64,000 nucleotides of DNA from the NCBI GenBank assembly GCA_963719085.1, contig CAVRAL010000004.1, forward strand, positions 160,001 to 224,000, in the 5' to 3' direction. Shown piece after piece: positions 19,244 through 29,200 of the stretch; the first letter of the stretch is position 1, and the number at the start of each line of letters is the position of its first letter. Source of the DNA: a candidate division FCPU426 bacterium. GTDB lineage: Bacteria; Oederibacteriota; Muellerivitia; Muellerivitales; Muellerivitaceae. Position numbers and translations under genes: made by a program. The notes below the pieces were generated by a model that made no database searches, was not told the origin of the DNA, and saw only the letters and a list, made by a program, of their open reading frames with translations.

Positions 19244-21304
19244 TTATTTCAAGATGGGAAATTCGGTCACCCGGAGCCGGGTGGATCCGTAGGGCACTAG
19301 AACCAAATCTTGCTCGGACGCGGGGCTTTCCACCGGGCTTTGGGGCGGCGCGTCCGCCGCGCCGTGGACAAATCCCCAGCTTTCCAAAAACTTGCCATGG
19401 GCGGTGACCGTCACCGGCGCGCCATCCAGCGTAAAGGGGTTGCCCTTCAAACTTCCGGCCTGAAAACGAAGCGACTCATCCGGATTTTTAACATTCAGAT
19501 CCAGCGCGAAATTCCAGGGGCTTAAGGGAACGAGGACATATTCGCTTTTCTTTTGACCCTTGGGCTGGAACCGGAACGGAATCACCGGCTTCCACGACTC
19601 TTTCAATCCCAGGCTGTAAACCAAGGGGCCCCGCTCCACGCTGGCCGCGCCTTGGAAACCGGGACGGATTTTAAATTCCATCGGCAGATGAAGTGTCAGG
19701 GTTTCTTTTCCCTCCCACTGGCAGTCAATTTTATTGAACTGGCCCGTGGTCAAGGCTTGAACCGTGCCATCGGGCAGGGTGACGGCGGCGTTCTTGGCCC
19801 ATTCGGGTACCCTCAAATAAAGGGGGAACCGGACGAGCTTCGCGCAGCTCACTTGAAAACTGAGCTGGTCGCTGAAGGGATAATCGGTTGTCAGTTCCAC
19901 CGTCACCGGCGTGCCCGACAAGGTCGCGGTCACCACGGAGGGCGCGTAAAGCACCGCCGCCAATCCCCCGTCGGCGGTTTTCATCCAGAGGTGGGACACC
20001 AGCTTGGGCCAACCCTGATGCATATTGGCCGTACAGCAGCCATATTGGGGTTCGAGTCCAAAAAGGTTGGCCATGCCCCGGTTGGTGGTATAGACGGGCG
20101 CTTGATCAAACACACAGGCGACTTGGTTCGCCTGCTGGTCATATTGATGCTCCCAATAATCCGGGCTGAAGGCGGCGGGCAAGGCGTTGAAGGCGATTTT
20201 CTCAATCCGATCGGCGAATCGGACATCGCCCAAAATGGAAAGCGAGGTTTCGAGGGAAAACATCGTCTCCACCATGGCGCAAAGCTCCGTGCCTTGGGAT
20301 GGGCTTTTGCCGCCCAAACACTCGTCCGCGCTGAAAAGCCCGTTGGCTTCCCCATGGTAACGGTCTAAAACTTCCGGCGCCTCGAAAGCCAGCCGCCGGA
20401 AATCAGCTTGGCCGGTAAGGCGGTAAAGAAGCGCCGGCACCTTGAGGCCCATGGCGTTGTTCACCCCATGCGCCACCAAATTCCATTCCTGGGTTTTTTC
20501 CCGCACCGGGAAATTGGCGAAATGTTTGGGCCAATCGTAGCCTTGGGCCGCGGTTTTTCTTTCCAGGTCCAAAACCCAGGTTTCCCCGGTCTTGTCATAG
20601 ATCCAATTGAGCGTCACCAAAAAATCGCCCCATCTAAAATAATTCCAATCAAATAGGGCCCGTTGATCCATCTGCCGGTTGATATTGGCCACGTCCCTTA
20701 CCATCGCGGGAATCACGCGCGGGTCGCCGGTGGCTTCCTCATATTGGGACAAAGCTTTAAGGATAATAAATTGGGGCCAGGGATCCCGAAGAACGTTGGG
20801 CGGATTATTGAAGCCGAAATTGGAGGCGCCTTGGTTGGGCCCCAGCCAGCCGTCGGGTTGCTGGTTTTTGAGGATGGTATCGACCCAACGGGTCACTTTT
20901 TTCTCAAGACCCTTGTCATCCAGTTCGTAAGCCAAGGGGATCACCCCGTCCAGCCAGTAAGGCGCCCTTTCCCAGCCTTCGCCTTTGCCGCCGATCCAGC
21001 CGCTTTGGGAAACGTCGGGCCAAAATTCGTCCAAGTGTCCCGAGAGACCGCCGGCCTGGAGCTTGAGCTGGTCCAAAAGCCATCCCTTGGGTTTGATGCT
21101 TCCCAAGGGCAGGGGCTCAAACACGGAAGGAACCAGGGTGGTTCGAATGATTTTAATTTTCGGATTTTTTTCACGGTTTTCAAAAAAGACCCAGACGATG
21201 ACACCGATGATGAGGAGGACCGCGCCGGCCCAAAGCGGCCATTTGAAAGAAAATTTTCCCGGAGGGGGCGCGGGAATCGGTTCAGTAATGGGAGCTTCGG
21301 GCAC
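19244..21304 (-). CDS. Membrane-anchored GH127/GH146-family beta-L-arabinofuranosidase-like protein
   Basis: WERAPYWLDG, HGVN, FSADE, GTELC, YDQQANQ and GCCTANMHQGWP motifs; start reassigned to GTG 21304 (AGGAG upstream); N-terminal TM helix. Confidence 0.88.
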   Translation of the reverse strand: MPEAPITEPIPAPPPGKFSFKWPLWAGAVLLIIGVIVWVFFENREKNPKIKIIRTTLVPSVFEPLPLGSIKPKGWLLDQLKLQAGGLSGHLDEFWPDVSQSGWIGGKGEGWERAPYWLDGVIPLAYELDDKGLEKKVTRWVDTILKNQQPDGWLGPNQGASNFGFNNPPNVLRDPWPQFIILKALSQYEEATGDPRVIPAMVRDVANINRQMDQRALFDWNYFRWGDFLVTLNWIYDKTGETWVLDLERKTAAQGYDWPKHFANFPVREKTQEWNLVAHGVNNAMGLKVPALLYRLTGQADFRRLAFEAPEVLDRYHGEANGLFSADECLGGKSPSQGTELCAMVETMFSLETSLSILGDVRFADRIEKIAFNALPAAFSPDYWEHQYDQQANQVACVFDQAPVYTTNRGMANLFGLEPQYGCCTANMHQGWPKLVSHLWMKTADGGLAAVLYAPSVVTATLSGTPVTVELTTDYPFSDQLSFQVSCAKLVRFPLYLRVPEWAKNAAVTLPDGTVQALTTGQFNKIDCQWEGKETLTLHLPMEFKIRPGFQGAASVERGPLVYSLGLKESWKPVIPFRFQPKGQKKSEYVLVPLSPWNFALDLNVKNPDESLRFQAGSLKGNPFTLDGAPVTVTAHGKFLESWGFVHGAADAPPQSPVESPASEQDLVLVPYGSTRLRVTEFPILK

Positions 21305-21315
21305 GCGAACAACTC

Positions 21316-21864
21316 CTAGTTCTTCTCGTCCTGTTCCCGCCGTTTTTGACGCCGGGCTTTGAGGATAGGATGCAACAGGTTGCCCAACCAAGATAGCGGT
21401 AAATGGAGGGCCTCGTCCAACTCATGGCCAAGCGTTTCAACGCCGGTCAAATTGACCTGGCTCAAATCCGCTCCCGCGAACTCCGCGTCCTCCAGAACGG
21501 CGCCGCTCAAGTCCGCCTTATGGAGATTGGCGCCGGTGAAGTTCGCGCCCACTAGGTAAGCGTCCCGGAAGCTGACGCCGGACAGGCTGGCGTTGGTAAA
21601 ATCGGCCCGCAGGGCCTCAACCTGGGAAAGGTCCGCGTTGGTGAGATTCGCGCCCACGAAACGGGCGTCCGAAAGTTTGGACTCCGCCAGGTCGGTTCCC
21701 GGCAGATAGCTACCGCTGAAGTCCGCCCACTCGGCCGAAATGCCCGACAGGTCCAGTCCCGACAAATCCCGCCCGCTCAAGTTTAAACGGTCAAGATTTC
21801 GGTCCTTTTCGCTCTTGCCTTCCAGGGCGCGCCTGAGCATTTCCTCAACGTCGCGAATTTCCAT
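21316..21864 (-). CDS. Pentapeptide repeat protein
   Basis: Tandem A(D/N)(L/F)xx units (ANLTN ADLSQ, ANFTG ANLHK ADLSG). Confidence 0.92.
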   Translation of the reverse strand: MEIRDVEEMLRRALEGKSEKDRNLDRLNLSGRDLSGLDLSGISAEWADFSGSYLPGTDLAESKLSDARFVGANLTNADLSQVEALRADFTNASLSGVSFRDAYLVGANFTGANLHKADLSGAVLEDAEFAGADLSQVNLTGVETLGHELDEALHLPLSWLGNLLHPILKARRQKRREQDEKN

Positions 21865-21873
21865 GGATCCAGT

Positions 21874-23061
21874 TTATTTCTTCGGCTGGCCAAAGACCAA
21901 GGCCAAAAAACCCGCCAATGCGGTCGCGGCCATGATGGCCGCCGTTGGAAAAACACTGTGGGCGCTGAACAGTCCTACCAGGGCGGAAGTCAACGATCCA
22001 AAGGTAATCTGCAGGAAACCCATCAAGGCGGCGGCGCTGCCCGCGTGCTTCCCGAAGGGCGCCAAGGCCAGGGCCCCCGCGTTGGGGTTTACCAGCCCCG
22101 CGCAGGCTAAAAAGGAGAATAAAAAGACAATCGTGCCGGGAAGGTTCAACCACCCCAAGGCGGAAAAAAAGACGAACACTAGACCTACCAAGCTTTGCCC
22201 CAATAGCGCGGTTTTTAAAATCTCCGCGCTGGAGTGCCGTTTCAAAAGCCAGATGTTGAGCTGGCTTCCCCCGATGAAACCCGAGGCCAAAAGGGCGAAG
22301 ATCAGGCCGTAAATTTTGGTGTCGACTTTAAACACCTCTAGAAAAATCACCGGCGAGCCGGCGATATAGACGAAGAGTCCCGAGAAAGAAAGAGCGCAGG
22401 CGATGACGTAAATATGAAACTGGGGTTCTTTGAGGATCATGGCGAAGTTGGACAAGCTTTGCCGGAGGCTCAAAACCGCCTTGGGGTCCGGCTTATGTCC
22501 CTCGGGCAGGTAAAGGAAAACCACGGCCAGAATCGCCAAAACGATTAAAGCCAGGAGGATAAAAATCCAGCGCCAACCCAGCGAGACCGCCACGAACCCG
22601 CCCACCGTCGGGGCCAGCAAGGGCGAGACGCTGAGGATGAGCATGAGCAGTGAAAAAACCTTGGCGCTTTCTTTGACGGGGAAAAAATCCCGCACCATCG
22701 CCATGGAAGCCACACCCGCCGCGCAGCCGCCCAACCCTTGCAGAAACCGAAAGCCCACCAACATTTCCAAAGAACTGGAAAAGAGGCAGCCTACCGAACA
22801 AAGTAGATAAAGCATCAGCCCAAAATAAAGCGGCCGCTTGCGGCCAAAGTGATCCAAAAAGGGACCGTACATAATCTGCCCGATGCCCATGCCGATAAAA
22901 TAACTGGAAAGCGAAAGCGATATCCGCGCCGTGGGGCAGCCCAGGGCCTGCGCGATTTGCGGGAAGGACGGCAGGTACATGTCGATGGAAAAGGGGCTGA
23001 CGGTCGACAGCGCCCCGAGAATGAGGATGATGAAAGTCGTATTGAGGTGTTTCGTTTTCAT
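21874..23061 (-). CDS. Bcr/CflA family MFS multidrug efflux transporter
   Basis: SIDMYLPSFP, DHFGRK and RFLQGLGG motifs; 12 TM segments. Confidence 0.93.
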   Translation of the reverse strand: MKTKHLNTTFIILILGALSTVSPFSIDMYLPSFPQIAQALGCPTARISLSLSSYFIGMGIGQIMYGPFLDHFGRKRPLYFGLMLYLLCSVGCLFSSSLEMLVGFRFLQGLGGCAAGVASMAMVRDFFPVKESAKVFSLLMLILSVSPLLAPTVGGFVAVSLGWRWIFILLALIVLAILAVVFLYLPEGHKPDPKAVLSLRQSLSNFAMILKEPQFHIYVIACALSFSGLFVYIAGSPVIFLEVFKVDTKIYGLIFALLASGFIGGSQLNIWLLKRHSSAEILKTALLGQSLVGLVFVFFSALGWLNLPGTIVFLFSFLACAGLVNPNAGALALAPFGKHAGSAAALMGFLQITFGSLTSALVGLFSAHSVFPTAAIMAATALAGFLALVFGQPKK

Positions 23062-23173
23062 GAGTGGGGCATTCTAGGAAAGGCTAGGCCCCAGAGCAAG
23101 CCGGCCAACTACCTTTCCGTCAGTTCAATGCTCCCGGTTCTTTAGGCGGCAATTGGTTGGAACTGGTCGGCCT

Positions 23174-24556
23174 TTATCCTCTCCCCATTTCTCCGGTCGC
23201 ACGTTTCGCCGTCAAAATGATTTCGATTTTTTTGTTCAGGCTCCGGGAAAAGGAATATTCCCCCCGAGTGGTTCGAATCCTGGGAAAGTACATAATCCCG
23301 GCCTGTCCGGCGACAACCCTCTCAAGGTTGATGTCTAGAATATCACTCCAGGCTAACTCCAATTTGCCGGTCATCCGACACAGCACCAATCCATCCTGCC
23401 GAATTGTCAAGGCCTTCACCTTTTTGATGTCACCGCTAAGAAGCGCCAGGAAAATAACTAACCCCAAAAAGCCCAAAACCCAAAAGACGGTTTGATCACT
23501 GTTGAAAACACCAGCGACCTTCAAACACACCAAACCGACTCCCAAAATGGCGCAAAAAGACATCAACCAGGGGTCCGGAAGGGCCCTCAAAGAACCATAA
23601 GTCACGGGTAGAGCAGGCATCTGGATTCGCTCCATGAACTCCCGGCAAATTCGTTCCCGAATGACCTCAAAACCTTGGAATTGATAATCCACCACAACCC
23701 GTCCACCGAACTGGTCCTGGACCAGCAAGTCCTTCATCCTATTACGCAAGGTGATCCCGCATATTTCACCCCAATCCATGAAGGTTTTCCGTCCATCTTT
23801 TTCCACGCGGGCGATCCCTCCCCCGCTGATCTCAATCTTGGACCAAGGAATCCTGGACCCGCGGGTCCAGCAGTAATAAGCGATGGAACCATAAGCAATG
23901 GCGGATACCCCTCCAAGGATGATTCCAAAGATTTGACTGGTTCTTTCCGTGGGGGAACGGAAGAAAAGCTCGTGCAGAAAGAGAACCATTGACCCTGCGG
24001 AGAAAAGGGAAAAACAAATCCCGCTAAACAGGAAAGTAGCTTTAACAGAAGGAGGCATAGCGAAAACTTGCGCTTCAAGCTCCTCCTCGGGCGAATATTT
24101 TTCCCTCTCGCCTTGAACTTGGGCCTTCAATTGATCAAACCCATCAAACCACTGGTTGACCTTGATCGTTTTGGTGCCCGACTTATTCAGGATAAAAAAA
24201 CCAGGTCTGTTCGACGCGCTTTCCAACGCACCCATTTCACGCCAACTAATAGAGACTCGCCTCTCTTTCCCGGACGTCCAGGAAATTCCCTCTTCGGAAA
24301 CCTCAATCGTTTGGCCATAGTCTGGGCGTATCTTAATGATGAGATAGAGAAGCATCACCACGATGGCCACAGAGACCGCGAAATGGACTGGATCATTCGA
24401 GTGATGACCCCGATTAGGAAGGGCCATCGAGAAAAGGTTAAAAGCGATCAAGAAACCAAAAAAAGACGCCACTTTGAAATAGGCCTTCCGAGCCTTCGCC
24501 CGATTGATCAAATAAGTCCGAGGCTCCAACCCCATTGTTTTCTCCCTGAACACCAT
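23174..24556 (-). CDS. Hypothetical membrane protein with three (TM hairpin + PH-like beta domain) modules
   Basis: Three repeats of 2 TM followed by IEVSEEGISW...ISWREM, IEISGGGIAR...MDWGEI and LTIRQDGLVL...LAWSDI. Confidence 0.7.
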   Translation of the reverse strand: MVFREKTMGLEPRTYLINRAKARKAYFKVASFFGFLIAFNLFSMALPNRGHHSNDPVHFAVSVAIVVMLLYLIIKIRPDYGQTIEVSEEGISWTSGKERRVSISWREMGALESASNRPGFFILNKSGTKTIKVNQWFDGFDQLKAQVQGEREKYSPEEELEAQVFAMPPSVKATFLFSGICFSLFSAGSMVLFLHELFFRSPTERTSQIFGIILGGVSAIAYGSIAYYCWTRGSRIPWSKIEISGGGIARVEKDGRKTFMDWGEICGITLRNRMKDLLVQDQFGGRVVVDYQFQGFEVIRERICREFMERIQMPALPVTYGSLRALPDPWLMSFCAILGVGLVCLKVAGVFNSDQTVFWVLGFLGLVIFLALLSGDIKKVKALTIRQDGLVLCRMTGKLELAWSDILDINLERVVAGQAGIMYFPRIRTTRGEYSFSRSLNKKIEIILTAKRATGEMGRG

Positions 24557-24576
24557 CCGATTTTAGGACCGGACAG

Positions 24577-26262
24577 CTATTTCTCCGCCAACTCAATCAC
24601 GCCTTTCCAATCCTTGGGCGGACGGCGGCGGTGCATTTCGGCCAGGGTTTTTAAATAACGGGCCGGGCGGTCGCTGGGCGGCAGGTGGTCTAAAATCTCG
24701 TAGGCGTCTTCCCAGGCGCCGAACTCGAAAGCCTTCAAGCCCGCCTCGAAAGCCTTGTCGTGCTTGTCATCCACCGGCAGGGGATGGATTTCATAAAGAT
24801 CAAGCGCCACGGTCATGCCGGCGGGTTGGAAACGGCCGATGCGCCGGACCGCCGCGGTGTCGGGTGAGATTTTATCGGCGACTTCTTTGGTCACTAAAAT
24901 CGGGACTTCCACCACCTTGGTGATGCCCTCAAGCCGGGAAGCTTGGTTCACCACCGGCCCCATGACCGTATAAGAAAAAAGCTGGCGCGCGCCCATGGAT
25001 CCGGCCACCACTTCCCCGGTATGAAGCCCGATGCCGCAGCGCCAATCCGGCGCCACTTCCTCAAATTTTTTCACCATGGCCAGGGCGGCCCGGCAGGCCC
25101 GGTTGATATGCTCGGCGTCGGGAAAAGGCAGGTTCCAGCAGGCCAAAATGCCGTCGCCCATAAACTGAAGCACCACGCCGTTTTCCTTGAAAATTTGCTC
25201 GGTCATGGCGGTCATCACTTCCCGAAGCTCGCCCATCTTGTCCAAAATTTTCTCGGCCTTGCCTTCGGTGATCTTGGAAAAACCCCGGATGTCGAAAAAC
25301 ATCACGGTGCCCTCGCTCAGGCGCGGTTCCAGGTCCTGGTTGTCGGAGGACTCGATGATCTTGGAAACCACCTGGCCGGAGAAAAAGCGTTGGAGCCTTT
25401 CTTTTAATCCTTCCAAGCGCTGGACGGACAAACTGCGGCCCACCATGTCGGCGATAAGCCCGACCAACCGGCAATTATCCTTCAGCGTTTGGTCCGCGCC
25501 GCCCTCGCCCGAGGCGTAAAAAAGCACCGGCTCCTCGCCCGTAATTTGAAAGGCCGCGCAAACCGCCCAGTCCGCGCCGACTTGCATGGTCATCTGGGCG
25601 TCGGCCGGGCTCGCGCCCGGAGCGCCGCCCGCGGCCCAACGGTAAAGGGTGGGCTGGGGGGCAATCTTGATCGACTCCTCGATCAGCTTGCGGCTGGTTT
25701 TAAACGCCGTTCCATCCACGGCCGAATCCACCGCCAGGACTTTTCCGCTGGGCGTCAAGATTTGGGCCCAGGTGGCGCCGGTGACCGAACGAATGAGGCT
25801 GACCACATGGGTGAAGGATTCTTGGGAGGACTTGAGCCTGAGAATCTCAGGAAGTTCCAGCAGATCTAAAATGCGCAGGCGGTCGGAAACCCCCGCCTGC
25901 TGATACACCTCGGGCTGGCTCATGGACAGCATCAGCTCGGGGGATTTTTCCTCGCTTTTTTGCCGCACCGGCACAAAAACAAACCGGCTCTTTCCGATCA
26001 CGAACTGCTCGTCCGGCGTAAGGGCGAAGGCTTCTTTTTCAACGCCATTGTGAAAAACGGGGTTCGCCGCTCCGGAAAGTTTTTTGACGTGGAGCTGTCC
26101 GGCTTTGAGCCTGACTTCCGCGTGGCGGCGGCTCAAGAATTTCTCGTGAGGAATGACCCAATCGGCCTCATCGGTCCGGCCCAGGACCGCCGCGTGGTTT
26201 TCCCGGATCTCAAAACGCAGGGTCGCGTCGCCTTCGCGGAAAACCTCCAGGATCGCCTTCAT
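24577..26262 (-). CDS. FHA-domain class III nucleotidyl cyclase (FHA, degenerate GAF-like region, cyclase, TPR-like tail)
   Basis: FHA motifs LGR...SRRH...N; cyclase motifs FFDIRGFS, QFMGD and YTVMG.VVNQASRLE; start at ATG 26262 overlaps the kinase stop (ATGA). Confidence 0.9.
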   Translation of the reverse strand: MKAILEVFREGDATLRFEIRENHAAVLGRTDEADWVIPHEKFLSRRHAEVRLKAGQLHVKKLSGAANPVFHNGVEKEAFALTPDEQFVIGKSRFVFVPVRQKSEEKSPELMLSMSQPEVYQQAGVSDRLRILDLLELPEILRLKSSQESFTHVVSLIRSVTGATWAQILTPSGKVLAVDSAVDGTAFKTSRKLIEESIKIAPQPTLYRWAAGGAPGASPADAQMTMQVGADWAVCAAFQITGEEPVLFYASGEGGADQTLKDNCRLVGLIADMVGRSLSVQRLEGLKERLQRFFSGQVVSKIIESSDNQDLEPRLSEGTVMFFDIRGFSKITEGKAEKILDKMGELREVMTAMTEQIFKENGVVLQFMGDGILACWNLPFPDAEHINRACRAALAMVKKFEEVAPDWRCGIGLHTGEVVAGSMGARQLFSYTVMGPVVNQASRLEGITKVVEVPILVTKEVADKISPDTAAVRRIGRFQPAGMTVALDLYEIHPLPVDDKHDKAFEAGLKAFEFGAWEDAYEILDHLPPSDRPARYLKTLAEMHRRRPPKDWKGVIELAEK

Positions 26263-29200
26263 GGTTTGGAATCGCCGGGAATCCCGCCCCAAGCCTTCAC
26301 CCAAGCGTCGGTCGAGAGGGGCGCCAGGTTCCCGCTGGAATCCACCGAGCAAAGCCCGGCCACGCGGGAGCGCAAAAGCAATTGATCCGGATCCAAAGGA
26401 TCCATCCAAGTGGAATCCAAAATCTTAATCCCGCCCTTTTTATCCAAGAGTTTTAAAGACTTTCCGTCGGGCGAAAATCCAAGCTCCACGGTGAGGACTC
26501 CATCTTGGGTCTCATCGCCGATGGGCTCGCCGGTTTTCTCGTCCCACACCTGGCGCCCGCCGTCTTGGTAAGCCAACACCAGGGCCTGACCCTTGGGGCT
26601 GAAGGCCGAATCCTGCACCGGCCCCGCGTGCTGTAACGGATTGCCGGCCGGCTTGCCCGTGGCGGTGTCCCAAAGCCGCACCGTGCCATCGGACCCGAAA
26701 GTCGCCACCCGGGTGCCGTCGGGGCTGAAAAGAACATTGGAAAGCGCGTGGCCATGGGCGAAAACCCTGACCTGTTTTCCCGAGGAAGCGTCCCACAAAG
26801 TCGCGTTCAAGCCCGAGGCCGTAACGACCGCGCGGCTGTCGGGGCTGAAAGCCGCCGCCTGGACCTTGTGATCAATTTTAAGCAGGGCTTTGGCGTCGCC
26901 GCTGTCCGAGGCCGGAAAAAGCTTAAACGCGCCTCCCGCTCCGAGAACCGCCGCTCTTTTTCCATCGGGGCTGATCGAGATCTTGTCGATTTTGAAACCC
27001 ACGTCCAAGGGTTTTCCCTTTGCTTGGGCGCTGGCGGCGTCCCAGAAACGCAGGGTCTGATCATCGCCGCCGGTCAAAATTGTTTTTCCGTTCTGGCTGA
27101 AGGCCCCCGCGTGGACCGCGCCATCCTGGGGCAGGCTTTGGGCCTTGCCCGAGCCCAAGTCAAAAAGTTTGGCTTCATTGGCCGAATCGCACAAAAGCAC
27201 TTGTTGGTCGTCGGGGCTGAACAGGGCCCGGAAAAGGGTTCCGTCCGTCGTCAAAGGCCCGCCGATGGCCTTCCCTGAATCCGCGTCCCAAAGACAAGCG
27301 GACTTGCCGCCATAGGTGATTAAGGTCTTCGCGTCATGGCTGAGAAGCGCGTGCGTCTGGAGCGCTTTCAAATGTTCCCGGCCGCCGGTTTTCCAAGCCA
27401 AGCCCGTTTGAGAACCCGCGCCGCGGGAAACATCCCAAAAACGGATCAACCCGTCCTGGGTCCCCGTGATCAGGCGCCGGCCATCGGGGCCAAAAGCCGC
27501 CGCGGTCACGCCCGACCCATGCCACAACATTTTCCCCAAAGGCTGGCCGGTCTCAGCGTCCCAAACCCAAGCCACGTGGTCGGAGGTTCCCGCCACAATC
27601 TCCGACCCGTCCGGGCTGAATCCCAAGCTTAAAACCTTGCCGTTGGTATGGAGCGTAAACCTTTCGGGCGAGCGGTTTTTAAAGCTCCAAACCCGCACCT
27701 CGCCCGTGGCGCCGGCGAAAATGACCGAGCTCACGAATTTTTGTCCGTTGGGGCTCAACGCCGCTTGGGCGCCCAGGCCTTCCAGATAAAGGTGCCGTCC
27801 CTGCGCGCGGCCATTGCCCGCGTCATAAAACCAGATACTGCCGTCCCAACCCGTCGCCACGATCTGGCTTCCGTTCAGGCTGTAAAAGAGGCTGGGTTTA
27901 AAGGAGGCCGCGGCGCCTTTCATCCTCAAATCCAAAGGCTTTTCCACCGGATTCCCATTGGACGCGTCCCAAATTTGCGCGGTCCCGTCTTTACTGGCGG
28001 TTAAAACCCGGTGGCCGTCGGGACTAAAGAGCGCCTGGAACAAGGACTCGGATTGTTTGAAAACGGTTTTCAAGGGCTTGCCCGTGGCGGCGTCAAATAA
28101 ACGCGCCACGCCGTCCGCGCCGGCGGTCAGGACCCAGCGGCCGTCCGGGCTGAAGCAAATGGAATTGATTTGTTTGTCGGTTTCGATGGCCCCGCCGATT
28201 TGTTTTCCGGTCTCGACGTCCCAGACCCCGGCGTTGCCGTCCGCGTCGCCGCAAGCCACCTGGGAACCGTCCGAGTTAAAAGCCGCGGCCGTGGCCGCGC
28301 CGCCGGTTTTAAAAACCCGGTTTAAGGATTGGCCGTCCGCCGTAAATAACCGCGCGCCCGCGCTTCCGCCGGCGGCCAGGATTTTTTTACCCGAAGGGCT
28401 CAAGGCGACCGCCACGATGCTTCCATCCTGGGAAAAGACGGCCCCCGGAATGGGCGGCATATGCAACACCGCGTTACCCCGGGCTAAAAGGGTGGGCAAA
28501 ATTTTATTGGAAGCGGCGAAATAAGCCGTGGCTGAGGCCTCGTCATCTTTATCCAAATATTCCCGGCCCCGAAGGACATAGTTGAAAGCCGTGTCCTGAA
28601 CCTGGGATTGTTGGCGCTCATGGACAAAAAACCAGGCGGTTAAAGCGCCCAGGAGCGCCAACGCGGCCAACCCCACCGAGACCCGGTAAAGCATCAAAAA
28701 CTTCCCCAGCCAATAACCCCAATCGTGGGAGAGCGGGCTCACCGGCTTCCCTTCCCGGCGGGCCTTGAGGTCTTTGAGCACGTCGCTCACGCTGGCGTAG
28801 CGCTCCAACGGATTGGGCTTCATGCACTTGTCGATAATGGCGGACAGGTCCCGGTCCACCCGGCCCTTGGTGATTTCAAACAGGGGCGGAACCACGTGAT
28901 GGGCGATGGAATCGCGGTAAAGCCTCAACCGTTCCTCGACCTGGGGCGTGGACTCCAATTGGGTTCCAATTTCCTCATGCGGCACATGCCCGCTGAGCAT
29001 GGTGTAGGCGGTACAGCCCAGCGCGTAAATGTCCCAACGGGCGTCGGGCTGAAGCGGATGGTCTTGGTCGGGGATAACCGCTTGTTCGGGCGCCATAAAA
29101 AAAAGCGTGCCGAGGGCGCTTCCGGACTCGCTCAAGACACGGGAATTGCCGAAGTCCGCCACCCGCACATGGCCTTCCTCATCCAATAAAACGTTGGCGG

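Noticed and set aside
23103..23172. Hairpin GGCCAAC...CAGTTCAA...TTGGAACTG-GTCGGCC resembling an integron attC site
   Set aside because: The core sites do not fit RYYYAAC/GTTRRRY, the spacers are strongly asymmetric, and there is no integrase or second site.
24577..26262. Pycsar or CBASS anti-phage system
   Set aside because: No cyclic-nucleotide-binding TIR or TM effector is adjacent; the architecture matches signalling cyclases.
26263..26409. N-terminal extensions given by the ORF track (cyclase to 26409, ino1 to 52214, lptB to 53271, reductase to 62166, GH127 to 21391, S1/P1 to 50844)
   Set aside because: They overlap neighbouring genes or ORFs; better starts with RBS or coupling lie downstream.
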